A DNA stretch of 64,000 nucleotides from Occultella glacieicola (GTDB lineage: Bacteria; Actinomycetota; Actinomycetes; Actinomycetales; Beutenbergiaceae), in the NCBI RefSeq assembly GCF_004353825.1, contig NZ_SMNA01000004.1, positions 62,001-126,000 of the forward strand, given 5' to 3'. Under the pieces are notes generated by a model. It was given only the letters and a program-made list of their open reading frames with translations, had not been told where the DNA came from and searched no databases. Positions 47,444 to 57,379 of this stretch are shown here, piece after piece; within the stretch, counting starts at the first letter, position 1; every line of letters begins with the position of its first letter. Made by a program: the position numbers and the translations under genes.

Positions 47444-48727
47444 ATGGGACGGGGCCGGGTCGACGAGTTCGTGCTGGACTTCGACGAGCCCGCCCTCGCC
47501 GCCGATCCTGGTCGGCCCGCCGGAACGACTAGCCGAAGCGCCGGCGCCTCGGCCGGCTGGCGCTCACCGGTGCTCTGGGGGTCCTTCGCCGTGCTCCTCG
47601 TGGTCCTCGGGATCGTGGTCGCGCCGCCGCCACCGGTCCCGAGTTGGCGGGTGGGTCCGGCCTGGTCGCAGCCACCGGAGCAGCGCTGGAGCGTGCCCCT
47701 GTCCGCCACCATGTCGTCGCCCCGCCTGGTGGTGGAGGATGCCCACGTGTTCGTTGCGGACGACGGTCGCATCGATGCCTATGGCCGCACCGACGGCGAA
47801 CTCCGTTGGTCCATCGCCGAGGTGCATGACTGCGTGCGTGCAGAACTCTTCGTGTGCCTGTCCGGGTCGGGCGCCGATGCCGTGGTCTCGGTGGTGGACG
47901 ACGATGGCACAGTGCGGACGGTGCCGGCACCCGGCGCGCTGGCCGCGACGCTGTACCGTGGCGACCTCATCCTCCTGACCGAGGGTGCCGCCGCCGGGGA
48001 CGACCTCACGCTCCACGTCGGTCTCGATCTGGACCAGCTGAGATGGTCCACGGCGGTCGAGGCCGCCGACGAGTTCAGGAGCCTGGGGCGGCCGGGCGTC
48101 ATCATGCGCGACGACCTGGTGCTGGTGTCCAACGGTGCGCTCTACCGCGCCCGGACCGGCGAACACATCCCGGGTTCCTGGTCGTACCAGCTCGAGGACG
48201 CTCCGCTGATTTCGTGGGGCGGTGGCCGATCCCAGTACATCCCGCCCGGCACCGATCGGGTGCTCGATCTACCCGGTCTCGGTTGGCCGGCGCTGGTCGA
48301 TGACGGCTCGGTTCCGCCCGTGACGCTCGCCCAGGGAACCGGTGACGTCATGGAGGCGATGGATGCGGACGGTCAGGTGCTCTGGCAGGTGCCATACGGC
48401 ATCCCCCTGGCACGTCTCGGCGGCGTGCTGGTGATCCTCGGCTCCAGTACCGTTTCGGGGCGGGAACCGCGGACCGGCGAACTGCTCTGGACCACCCCCG
48501 AGAACATGCTGTGCCCGTGTCGGGGCGACGCGTCCGGGCTCCTGCTCTACGCCTTCGAGGTGGATCCCGACGGCGCGCTGACGAATACCCGACTCGTCGG
48601 CATGAGCATCGCCGATGGCAAGATCCTCTGGGAGATGCCGATGCCCGACGGTGCCGTCATCGGCGACGCGGAGGACGCCGTCGCCGTGCTCCTCGACGAT
48701 CAACTCAGCCTGTACGCGCGGAACTGA
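47444..48727 (+). CDS. membrane-anchored PQQ-type beta-propeller repeat protein
   Basis: One TM, then repeated DGELRW, DGQVLW, TGELLW, DGKILW. Confidence 0.75.
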   Translation: MGRGRVDEFVLDFDEPALAADPGRPAGTTSRSAGASAGWRSPVLWGSFAVLLVVLGIVVAPPPPVPSWRVGPAWSQPPEQRWSVPLSATMSSPRLVVEDAHVFVADDGRIDAYGRTDGELRWSIAEVHDCVRAELFVCLSGSGADAVVSVVDDDGTVRTVPAPGALAATLYRGDLILLTEGAAAGDDLTLHVGLDLDQLRWSTAVEAADEFRSLGRPGVIMRDDLVLVSNGALYRARTGEHIPGSWSYQLEDAPLISWGGGRSQYIPPGTDRVLDLPGLGWPALVDDGSVPPVTLAQGTGDVMEAMDADGQVLWQVPYGIPLARLGGVLVILGSSTVSGREPRTGELLWTTPENMLCPCRGDASGLLLYAFEVDPDGALTNTRLVGMSIADGKILWEMPMPDGAVIGDAEDAVAVLLDDQLSLYARN

Positions 48728-48760
48728 CGCCGACGGGCGCGGATTCCACCCGTGTCGGCA

Positions 48761-49130
48761 TCAGGGCAGGGCGGGGACACCCAGGTCACGGCGGCCCGGC
48801 CGAGTGCGCCGTCGAACGTCGCGACCGGAACACCGTGCGCCCGGGCCAGGCTCAGGGCGCAGGAGTCGGGCATCCTCAGGCCGCTCCGCACGCGCGTCCC
48901 GGCAAGCCGGAGCGGCTCGGTCTCGGCGGAACGGATGCCGGCGGCGGCCAGGTCGTCGGCCAGGTGCTCACCGTGACCCTCTCGCTCGGCGAGGACGAGC
49001 ACCTCCGCGAGATTCACGGAGTGCGTCAGGAAGTCCTCGCCGGGTCGGGACAGCAGGTCGACCGCCTCGGCGTGTCGGCGTTCGTTCGGGTGAGCGCCGC
49101 GAGCACCAGGCTCCCGTCCAGAACGATCAC
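48761..49130 (-). pseudogene. vapC: VapC/PIN toxin with two apparent single-base deletions
   Basis: Starts MIVLDGS; PIN core (NLAEVL, L.MPD..L.LA, VATFD) is in another frame after ~49091; natural end ARDLGVPALP* in a third frame after ~48790. Confidence 0.78.
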
Positions 49131-49390
49131 CGCGGCCACTCCGCGCGCAACCCCGCGAGTGCCTCGGTCGAGAGCAGGGGTCCGTACGTGCCGGCCATCC
49201 GCTCGAGCCGCACCCGGCGGTCGGCCGACTTGGCTCCGAGGTCGGTATCGATGGTGGCCGCCCCGGCGTCGATCAGCTTGAGCAGCGCCCGCGAGCGCGA
49301 CTGTCCCGGCCAGCGGCGCAACGCCAGGTCGATGGCGCGTTCCACCTCGGCCGTCTCCGTGATCTGGTGCCGACGCCGGCTGGTGGGCAT
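49127..49390 (-). CDS. putative antitoxin of the VapC pair
   Basis: 87 aa, MPT.R.RHQITET..W; GTGA overlap with vapC start. Confidence 0.75.
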   Translation of the reverse strand: MPTSRRRHQITETAEVERAIDLALRRWPGQSRSRALLKLIDAGAATIDTDLGAKSADRRVRLERMAGTYGPLLSTEALAGLRAEWPR

Positions 49391-49442
49391 GAACGCAAGT
49401 GTGCCACCGACGCTAGAGGTGACCCACTTCGGTGCGCCCACG

Positions 49443-49784
49443 TCAATCGGTGTGGAACACCTCGGGCAGGTCCAGCCACTGCCCCGCCGCCTGTTCGTTC
49501 ATCGGTCGCTGCAGCGGGTTCACCACCGACCACCACTCCCGCGTGGTCGGGTCGGCCGAGATCGCGGCCAGATCCGCCTCGTAGTCCTCGCCGCGGTACT
49601 CGAAGTAGGAGAACAGGATCTCGCCGAACCGGTAGATCGAGTAGTTGTGGATGTGCGAGCGGGCGAGGCGGTCCAGCACCCCGGGCCAGACGGCGGCGTG
49701 ATGCCGCTCGTAGGCCTCGATGTGCTCGGGCGCCACCCCGATCACGGATGCGACGCGCTTCATCGGTGCTGGTTCGGTCTCCAC
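49443..49784 (-). CDS. rhaM: L-rhamnose mutarotase
   Basis: Y.R.HA.VWP, I.NYSIY, LFSYFEY, EVFH.D; start GTG 49784 or ATG 49763. Confidence 0.88.
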   Translation of the reverse strand: METEPAPMKRVASVIGVAPEHIEAYERHHAAVWPGVLDRLARSHIHNYSIYRFGEILFSYFEYRGEDYEADLAAISADPTTREWWSVVNPLQRPMNEQAAGQWLDLPEVFHTD

Positions 49785-49807
49785 GCCCGGCATCGTAGCG
49801 GCGCCCT

Positions 49808-51265
49808 TCAGGGGGTGAGGCGTCGCGGCCGGGCCAGGTCCGCGACCTCCCGCCGCACCCACCACGCGCCGCTCCCGCGGCGTTCGGCCGGCGTCGAGTA
49901 GCGGTACGCGAACACCCGCGCACGCACCCAGGCCGGCCGGGCGCCGTCGAACGGGTCATCGGCGAGCAGCCGCAGTACCGCCGGATCCGCGAGCAGCAGC
50001 CGGTCCAGGAACGGGTCGAACCACGCGTATTGCGAGGCCGACCCGAGCCCGAGGAACCACATGCCCCAGTCCAGGCGTAGGTGGTAGGGCGCGAACTGGC
50101 GCGGCCTGCGGTCGACCGGACCGGGTTTGCCCGCGAAGACGTACTCGTGCCAGTCGCCGTCGCCCGGGTCGGCGACCGCACTGCCCTCGACCACGATCTC
50201 GTGCCGCCGCCGGGTGATCGACCCGAAGGCTCCGTACGCGCCGACCAGGTGCCAGTGGTTGAACGAGGCGTTCATCCGCTGATGCCGCGAGAGCAGGTTC
50301 CGGACCGGCCAGTAGCTGAGCACGAGGGTCAGGAGGCCGGCTCCCGCGACGACGACGGCGAACGCGGCCGGGGTGGCCCGGGTCGCCTCGGTCGGGGCGA
50401 GCGTCGGGATCAGCGCCGAGAGCACGCCGTCGCCGGTCGCGGAGAACGCGATCAGCATGGTGAGCCAGTTGAGCCAGGCGAAGTTCCCGGAGATCACCAG
50501 CCAGGCCTGGGTGGCGATCACGGCGGCGGCCGCCCAGGTCGCCACCGGCTGCGGCGCGAACAGCAGGAACGGAACCACGAGCTGGACCACGTGGTTCGCG
50601 GCCACCTCCGCCCGGTGCAGGGGCTTGGGCAGGTGGTGGAAGTACCAGCTCAGCGGGCCCGGCATCGGCTGGGTCTCGTGGTGGTAGTACAGGGCGGTCA
50701 GGTCCCGCCAGACCGGGTCGCCGCGGATCTTGATCAGCCCGGCGCCGAACTCGACGCGGAAGGCGAGCCACCGGAACGCGAGGATCACGATGATCGGGGT
50801 CGGCGTCTGGTCCGAGCCGAGGAACGCCGCCAGGAACCCGGCCTCGAGCAGCAGCGACTCCCAGCCGAATCCGAAGAACACCTGGCCGACGTTCACCAGC
50901 GAGAGGTAGAGCCCGTACATGGCCAGGAAGGTGATCATCGGGAGCCACGGTGGGCCGGCCTGCGGCACGCCGACGACCACGCTCGCGGCGAGCGCAACGC
51001 CGGCCCAGCACATCACCCGGAGCCTGCGGTCGGTGTAGCCGAGCCGGAACAACGTCGGCACGCCCTTCATCGGCACCCGGTCCAGCAACCGCGGCACCGG
51101 AAGCAGCCCGCGCTCGCCGAGCAGGGCCGGGAACTGCCGCAGCGCCGCCACGAACGCGACCAGGTAGATCGCGGCGATGCCGCGCTGCAGCACGAACCTG
51201 GCGGCGTCGTAGTTCTCGGTTCCGAACCACCCGAACGACCCGCCCGGGGCGAGCCAGGCCTCCAT
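49808..51265 (-). CDS. lipase maturation factor family membrane protein
   Basis: FGWESLLLEAGF, GAGLIK.RGD..W, YHHETQPMP, APYH.RLDW.MWF. Confidence 0.9.
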   Translation of the reverse strand: MEAWLAPGGSFGWFGTENYDAARFVLQRGIAAIYLVAFVAALRQFPALLGERGLLPVPRLLDRVPMKGVPTLFRLGYTDRRLRVMCWAGVALAASVVVGVPQAGPPWLPMITFLAMYGLYLSLVNVGQVFFGFGWESLLLEAGFLAAFLGSDQTPTPIIVILAFRWLAFRVEFGAGLIKIRGDPVWRDLTALYYHHETQPMPGPLSWYFHHLPKPLHRAEVAANHVVQLVVPFLLFAPQPVATWAAAAVIATQAWLVISGNFAWLNWLTMLIAFSATGDGVLSALIPTLAPTEATRATPAAFAVVVAGAGLLTLVLSYWPVRNLLSRHQRMNASFNHWHLVGAYGAFGSITRRRHEIVVEGSAVADPGDGDWHEYVFAGKPGPVDRRPRQFAPYHLRLDWGMWFLGLGSASQYAWFDPFLDRLLLADPAVLRLLADDPFDGARPAWVRARVFAYRYSTPAERRGSGAWWVRREVADLARPRRLTP

Positions 51266-51503
51266 GGGCCAAGCCTGCTCGCTCGCGAACCGAGACGCCA
51301 CCGCGGTCCCGGACGGCAGCTGTGCTGACCGTCCGCCGACCCCGCGCAACGGTCACCGATGCGCTCGCCCGGGCCGTTGGGGCGAAGTGGGGGGTGGGCG
51401 AGTTGGGCCGGGTGGAGGGCGTGAGGCTGGGATGCGGGGGCTGGCCGGGGAGTGAGGCGGAGCCGAGCGGGCCCGATGGTTGGCTGGGGGGCGGGTTGGT
51501 GTC

Positions 51504-51566
51504 TTGACATCGCGGCCCGGATGATGCAACCTTGCATCCGGCTGGTGATGGCAACGTTGCATCACC
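51504..51566 (+). promoter_or_regulatory. sigma70-type promoter with two LacI-like operators
   Basis: TTGACA-17 nt-CAACCT; palindromes GATGCAACCTTGCATC (51523-51538) and GCAACGTTGC (51551-51560). Confidence 0.75.
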
Positions 51567-51628
51567 GGTCGAAGTCAGGCGGGTCCGCTCGCCGCACCGT
51601 CGTGCAGAGCCGCAACCGGGAGGTCACC

Positions 51629-53992
51629 ATGTCGAAGCCAGATCCGTTCGAACCCGCCGCCGTCACCGCCGCCCGGCGCGCCACGGAGCCGACGGCTGGG
51701 CGCCCGCGCGGAGCAGGTCGACCGGGCAGCCATGGGGCCGCGGTCGCACCGCCGGCCGGGCCCGGCGCCAGGCTGGCGCCGTTGACCCGGCGCGGCTTCC
51801 TCGGGATCGGCGCCGCCACCCTCACCGCCCTGGGCGCGGGCGCCCTCGTCGCCCCGGACGCCCTCGCCACCTCGGAAGGCACCGTGCTGCCGCTGGTCGA
51901 CCCGCTGCCGGACGGTGCACCGGACCGGGCGGCGTTCGCCCCCAACGAGCAGGTGTTCGGCCAGTACCTGCAGCTCCTCGCTCCGCTCGCGAACAGCGTG
52001 GTCGACGACGACCCCGAACTGTTCGGCTGGATGGAGGACGGCTGGTGGCGCACACCGAACCACCCGCGCAACTCCCGGATCATGGAGCACGTCTCGACCC
52101 TGTCCTGGTTCCTCGTGAACGAGCGATCCTGGAACCCGTACTACCTCGACCCCAACCTGGAGGGGCGCCTCGACGCGGCGATCGGCTATTACCTCGGTCT
52201 GCAAGGACCCCGCGGTGCGTGGCCGGTCACCTACGAGGAGGAGAGTCTCGCCACCACCGGGTTCGGGCTCGTCTCGCTCGGGAACCTGCAGCGTGACCTC
52301 ATCCAGGAGGATCTGCTACCCGACCGTCAGGTCGAGCTCGAGGCGTCCATGCGGCACGCCGCCCAGTGGCTCATGGACACCTCGCTGCCACATTGGGACA
52401 CCCCGCTGGTGGTCACGAACCAGCTCGTCGGTGGGCTCGCGGGGGTCGGGCACGCCTCGGTGGTCATCGGCGATCCACAGCTGGCCGCCGACCTCGACGA
52501 CCGGATCGCGCTGCTCGCGGCGCACGGGCAGGCGCCGGCGGGCTACTTCCACGACCCGCTCGTCTACGACAGCGGCTACAACAGCACCGTGATGATGCCC
52601 GACCTCGCGGACCTCTACCTGCTCACCGGAAACCAGCAGTTGGTGGAGATGGCGCGCAAGTGGGCCGACTTCGCCCAGTACGCGATCCTGCCGGAACCGG
52701 GTGCGCCGGGCTGGGTGCACTTCGCGGCCGCCTCGGCCCGCAACTCCACGAGCACGCTCACCCTCTATCCCGACGACGCCCGCGACCGCTACGCCCTCGC
52801 GCGTGCGTTCGTGCCGGAGGTGCCGAACCTCGGCCTGTACTCATCCTCCCGGGAGGACAAGGCTGCCTCCCGGGCGGACTGGGCCGCGAGCACCGAGCCG
52901 ATCCCGCCACTGGTCAAGCCGAACGCCTCTCCGCGGCTGTACATGCACGTCCCGATCGCGCCGGAGAACCTGGGCCGGGCCGAGCTCGACGCCCTCACCG
53001 CGGACCTGCGGCCGGTCGCCGAGGACGTGTTCACCGAGTACCGCGAGGGCACCGTCGACCAGCAGATGTTGTTCGTGCGCCGGCCCGGCTACTACCTGGC
53101 CAGCCTGCTCGGACGGCGCTGGAACGACCGGATCCGCTCCGGCACCGGGATGCTCTGGCACCCGAGGGCAGGCACCGTGGTGCTGTCCCTGAACAACGTG
53201 GCCGACGACCACTGGACCACGATGACGGCGTCCGGTCGCGACTCCGCGCTCACCGATCTGGTGGCCACGTTCCACAACGGCGCGGACGCCGGTGGGCCCG
53301 AGCTCGAGCCGTCGGACCTGGGCGACGTCCTCGGGCCGTTCACGGCGCGGTACCTCAGCGTCGACGGCGCCGTGACCACGGACGTGGTGCACCGCCACGA
53401 CGGCATCGTGCGAGCGGTGAGCGTCGGCGAGGCCGCGACCGAGGTGGTGCCCCTGTTCGTGCAGGCCGGGGACGTGCTGGAGTTCTCCGACGGCACCGTG
53501 GTCGAGGCGGGCGGGACCGCGGAGGTCACCGCGTCCTGGTTCTCCCTCACCCGCGGTGACGTGCGGTTCCTGTTCTCCTGGGGTGGGGACCGGTCCGCCA
53601 CTGTCGAGACCACGTCGCGGGCCTACTTCCCGGGCCGCACCCACACCCACACGCTGCTGCGGGTGGCGCACGAGGGCGATCTGACGATGGAGATCACCAC
53701 GATCGACACCGCGCAGACCGCCGGCCCGGTCGCATTCTCCGGTACCGCCCAGACCTGGGCCGCGGGCGGCGGGCACCACGCCGCGGTGCACGCGGTGAAC
53801 CTCGACACCGCACCCGTCGACCTGCGCATCGTGACCTCCGCCGGTGTCCGGGAGGTCCTGGACGTCGCACCCGGCGCCGGTGCCTACGAACTCTTCTCGG
53901 CGGGCCGGCAGATCCGGGCCGTGACCGTGATCGCCACCACCCGTGGCGGCGGCCACCCGCGCGTGCACGTCCAGCGGGTCGACGCCGACTGA
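51629..53992 (+). CDS. Tat-exported protein of unknown function (possible polysaccharide-active enzyme)
   Basis: TRRGFL signal with ALA cleavage site; helical N-half, beta-rich C-half; RBS GGAGG; first gene of a sugar uptake operon. Confidence 0.7.
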   Translation: MSKPDPFEPAAVTAARRATEPTAGRPRGAGRPGSHGAAVAPPAGPGARLAPLTRRGFLGIGAATLTALGAGALVAPDALATSEGTVLPLVDPLPDGAPDRAAFAPNEQVFGQYLQLLAPLANSVVDDDPELFGWMEDGWWRTPNHPRNSRIMEHVSTLSWFLVNERSWNPYYLDPNLEGRLDAAIGYYLGLQGPRGAWPVTYEEESLATTGFGLVSLGNLQRDLIQEDLLPDRQVELEASMRHAAQWLMDTSLPHWDTPLVVTNQLVGGLAGVGHASVVIGDPQLAADLDDRIALLAAHGQAPAGYFHDPLVYDSGYNSTVMMPDLADLYLLTGNQQLVEMARKWADFAQYAILPEPGAPGWVHFAAASARNSTSTLTLYPDDARDRYALARAFVPEVPNLGLYSSSREDKAASRADWAASTEPIPPLVKPNASPRLYMHVPIAPENLGRAELDALTADLRPVAEDVFTEYREGTVDQQMLFVRRPGYYLASLLGRRWNDRIRSGTGMLWHPRAGTVVLSLNNVADDHWTTMTASGRDSALTDLVATFHNGADAGGPELEPSDLGDVLGPFTARYLSVDGAVTTDVVHRHDGIVRAVSVGEAATEVVPLFVQAGDVLEFSDGTVVEAGGTAEVTASWFSLTRGDVRFLFSWGGDRSATVETTSRAYFPGRTHTHTLLRVAHEGDLTMEITTIDTAQTAGPVAFSGTAQTWAAGGGHHAAVHAVNLDTAPVDLRIVTSAGVREVLDVAPGAGAYELFSAGRQIRAVTVIATTRGGGHPRVHVQRVDAD

Positions 53993-54042
53993 CCCGAGAC
54001 CCACCCACCGACCGAACCGCTCCCGACCCCTGGAGACCCCAC

Positions 54043-55383
54043 GTGACCCACTCCCACCCCGGCCGCCCGCGCCGGATCCTGCTGCGTTCGTCCTGGGCGA
54101 CCGCGAACATCGGCGACGTCGCCCACTCGCCGGGCGCCCTCCACGCGCTGCGCGCCGAGGGTGAGGACGTCGAGCTGACGCTCTGGCCCTGCCGGCTCGG
54201 GGAACGGGAGCGCCGGATGTTCGCCGAACGGCAACCGTGGGTGCGGATCGTCGACGGCGACCTCGACGCCGACGGCAATCCCACCACCGCCGCGCTCGCC
54301 GAGGCGTGGGCCGAGGCGGACATCCTGGTGCACGGCTCGGCGGCCGGGCTGGGGGCCGGCGCCGACCTGCGCGCCTGGCAGGCGACCGGCCGTCCGTACG
54401 GGTTCTTCGGGATCACCTACGACCCGTTCGGCCCCTACACCCCGAGCACCCTCGCCCAGGCCGCCACGCAGATCGCGGCGCTCCCGGCCGACTACCTGTC
54501 CGAGGCGGACCGGGAGCTGTTCGCCGGGGCCGAGTTCCTCTACTGCCGGGACAGCCTCACTCTCGACTACCTCACCCGGCAGCGCCTCACCGGCCCGCTG
54601 CTCGAATGGGGGCCGGATGCCACGTTTGCGCACGACCTGCTCGACGAGCCCGCAGCAGACAGCCTGGTCGCCGAGTACCGGCTGACCCGGGGCGAGTTCC
54701 TGGTGGCCGTGCCGCGGTCCCGGTTCGCGCCCTACCACCGGATCCACGGCCTGACGCCGGGGCGCACGGACCATCACCGGGACGCGGTCAACGCCGCGCA
54801 CGACGCCGAGGACCTGGCGGTGCTGGCCGGGGCGATCACGCACTGGGTGCGCAGCACCGGTGGCCAGGTGCTCGTGGGCCCGGAGATGAGCTACGCCGTC
54901 GACCTCGCCGCGGACCACTTCCCGCGGATCCTCCCCGACGATGTCGCACCGCAGGTGCGGGTGCTGGCCGACTACTGGGACCTGCCCACCGCGACCGCGA
55001 CCTACGCCCGGGCGGCGGGCGTGCTCACCATGGACTGCCACTCGCCGATCCTGGCCAGCACGGTGGGCACCCCGGCGATCTACCTGCGCCAGCCCACCGA
55101 GACGATCAAGGGCCGGATGTACGCCGACCTCGGCCTCGGTGACACCGTGGTGGAGGTCGAGGACCACGCCGCGGCCGCTCGGCTCGCGGAACTGCTCGAC
55201 GCGATCGCCGAAGGCCGGGGCACACGCCCCGACGTGAGGACGGCCGCGGCGCACGCCGCGGCCACCGAGCGGCTCGCGCAGATGGCGAGCACCGCCGTCG
55301 GGCGGCATGGACCCGGTCGCGACACCGAGGCGAGCGACGGCGTCGGTGGGACGAAGTCGGAAGTATCCGTGGGAGGTGTGTAG
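54043..55383 (+). CDS. polysaccharide pyruvyl transferase family protein
   Basis: NIGD, YCRD..T, GPDATF, CHS.I.A...GTP motifs. Confidence 0.8.
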   Translation: MTHSHPGRPRRILLRSSWATANIGDVAHSPGALHALRAEGEDVELTLWPCRLGERERRMFAERQPWVRIVDGDLDADGNPTTAALAEAWAEADILVHGSAAGLGAGADLRAWQATGRPYGFFGITYDPFGPYTPSTLAQAATQIAALPADYLSEADRELFAGAEFLYCRDSLTLDYLTRQRLTGPLLEWGPDATFAHDLLDEPAADSLVAEYRLTRGEFLVAVPRSRFAPYHRIHGLTPGRTDHHRDAVNAAHDAEDLAVLAGAITHWVRSTGGQVLVGPEMSYAVDLAADHFPRILPDDVAPQVRVLADYWDLPTATATYARAAGVLTMDCHSPILASTVGTPAIYLRQPTETIKGRMYADLGLGDTVVEVEDHAAAARLAELLDAIAEGRGTRPDVRTAAAHAAATERLAQMASTAVGRHGPGRDTEASDGVGGTKSEVSVGGV

Positions 55384-56400
55384 ATGACCGAGACGATCAA
55401 GGACCGGGCGACGACGCCCGGACCGGCCCGCACCCGCGCGGCCGGGGCGACGGGCAGGAGCAGTCGCCGAAAGCCGACCTCGGGCCAGAACCGGTCCACC
55501 CTGGCCCGGATCAAACGGGACCGGATGCTGCTCCTGCTCGCGCTGCCCGGCATGGCGGTGGTGGCGCTCTTCCACTACTTCCCGCTGCTCGGGAACGTCA
55601 TCGCGTTCCAGGACTTCCAACCGTTCCTCGGGATCTCCCAGAGCGAGTGGGTGGGCCTGGACAACTTCGACGTGATCTTCAACGGCGACCCGCGGTTCGT
55701 CAACGCCCTCGCGAACACCCTGATCATCACGCTGATCCAGGTCGTGTTCGTGTTCCCGCTGCCACTGGCCCTGGCCCTGCTGCTGAACTCCGTGCTCAGC
55801 GAGCGGGTCAAGCGGGGCGTCCAGTCGGTGCTGTACCTGCCGCACTTCCTGTCCTGGGTGATCGTGGTGGCACTGTTCCAGCAGGTCCTCGGCAACGCCG
55901 GGATGCTGAACACGTTCTTCCGCGAACATGACATGGCGACGTTCTCGATCATCGGCGTGCCGGAACTGTTCAAGCTCCTGATCACGTCCCAGGTGATCTG
56001 GAAGGACACCGGCTGGGGCACGATCATCTTCCTGGCGGCGCTGTCCCGGGTGGACATGAACCTCTACGAGGCGGCCGCGATGGACGGCGCCGGAGCGTGG
56101 CGCCGGACCTGGCACATCACCCTCCCGGCGGTGCGCAGCGTGTTCATCCTGCTGCTGATCCTGCGCCTCGGGGATGCCCTCACCGTCGGCTTCGAGCAGA
56201 TCATCCTGCAACAGGGCGCCGTCGGTAAGGCCGCCAGCGAGGTCCTCGACACCTACGTCTACAACAACGGCATCGTCGGCGGGAACTGGGGCACCTCGGC
56301 CGCCGTCGGCCTCGTGAAGGGGGTGGTGGGCGTGGTCCTTGTGCTCGGCGCCAACAAGCTCGCCCACGTGTTCGGGGAACGGGGGGTGTACTCGAGATGA
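55384..56400 (+). CDS. oligosaccharide ABC permease (LplB-like)
   Basis: YLPHFLSWVIV, WKDTGWGTIIFLAAL, YEAA.MDGA. Confidence 0.92.
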   Translation: MTETIKDRATTPGPARTRAAGATGRSSRRKPTSGQNRSTLARIKRDRMLLLLALPGMAVVALFHYFPLLGNVIAFQDFQPFLGISQSEWVGLDNFDVIFNGDPRFVNALANTLIITLIQVVFVFPLPLALALLLNSVLSERVKRGVQSVLYLPHFLSWVIVVALFQQVLGNAGMLNTFFREHDMATFSIIGVPELFKLLITSQVIWKDTGWGTIIFLAALSRVDMNLYEAAAMDGAGAWRRTWHITLPAVRSVFILLLILRLGDALTVGFEQIILQQGAVGKAASEVLDTYVYNNGIVGGNWGTSAAVGLVKGVVGVVLVLGANKLAHVFGERGVYSR

Positions 56401-57302
56401 GCGACCTCACCGTGACCCGCTCGAACCTGGTGTTCGGCCGGCCGAGCCTGCTCGCCCGCGGCGCCCGCGCGGTGGTCCTCGCCGTCGCCTGCCTGGCCGT
56501 GATCCTGCCGTTCATCGCGGTCATCTCCACGTCCCTGGCCAGCCAGGCGGAGATCTCCCGGGCCGGCGGCTTCGTGTTCTGGGTCACCGACCCGACCCTC
56601 GATGCCTACCGGGCCGTGCTCTCCGGGGGCGTGGTGACCCGGTCGGTGATCGTCAGCCTCGGCATCGCCGCAGTGGGCACCGCGCTGTCGGTGATGTGCA
56701 CGATCGGGCTCGCCTACGCGCTCAGCCGCACCACGATGTACGCGCAGAAGCCGATGCTGCTCGCGGTCCTGTTCACGCTGCTGTTCAGCCCCGGGATGAT
56801 CCCGATGTACCTCGTGGTCAAGCAACTCGGCCTGATCGACAGCTACTGGGCCCTGATCCTGCCGGTGCTGATCAACGCGTTCAACGTGATCGTGATGCGG
56901 GAGTTCTTCCTCGACCTGCCCGCGGAGCTGATGGAGAGCGCGAAGATCGACGGCGCCGGCGAGTTCCTGGTGCTGACCCGGATCGTGCTGCCGCTGTCCA
57001 AGGCCGTGATCGCCGTCATCGCGCTGTTCTACGCGGTGGCCTACTGGAACAGCTTCTTCAACGCCCTGCTCTACATCAACTCCCCGGAGAAGTGGCCGCT
57101 CCAACTGGTGCTGCGCACCTACGTGGTCAACGAGACCCCGATGGGCGTGGACGACCTCGTCATGGAGGGCTCCAGTCTGCCGCCGCAGGTCGCCATCCAG
57201 ATGGCGATCCTGCTGATCTCGGTGCTGCCGATGCTCATCGTCTACCCGTTCATCCAGAAGCACTTCACCAAGGGCCTGCTCATCGGCGGCGTGAAGGGCT
57301 GA
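56397..57302 (+). CDS. oligosaccharide ABC permease (LplC-like)
   Basis: GMIP.Y, ESAKIDGA, ALFYAV.YWNSFF, YPFIQKHF.KG...G.VKG. Confidence 0.92.
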   Translation: MSDLTVTRSNLVFGRPSLLARGARAVVLAVACLAVILPFIAVISTSLASQAEISRAGGFVFWVTDPTLDAYRAVLSGGVVTRSVIVSLGIAAVGTALSVMCTIGLAYALSRTTMYAQKPMLLAVLFTLLFSPGMIPMYLVVKQLGLIDSYWALILPVLINAFNVIVMREFFLDLPAELMESAKIDGAGEFLVLTRIVLPLSKAVIAVIALFYAVAYWNSFFNALLYINSPEKWPLQLVLRTYVVNETPMGVDDLVMEGSSLPPQVAIQMAILLISVLPMLIVYPFIQKHFTKGLLIGGVKG

Positions 57303-57379
57303 CCCGCTCCACCCACCACCCCTAGCTCCATCCCCCAACCCAATCCGCATCACCGTTGTCACAGAGAGGTGAAACGATC

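Noticed and set aside
48700..49017. 105-aa ORF as a complete gene
   Set aside because: Only the middle frame of the frameshifted vapC; lacks the N-terminal catalytic Asp and overlaps the convergent gene
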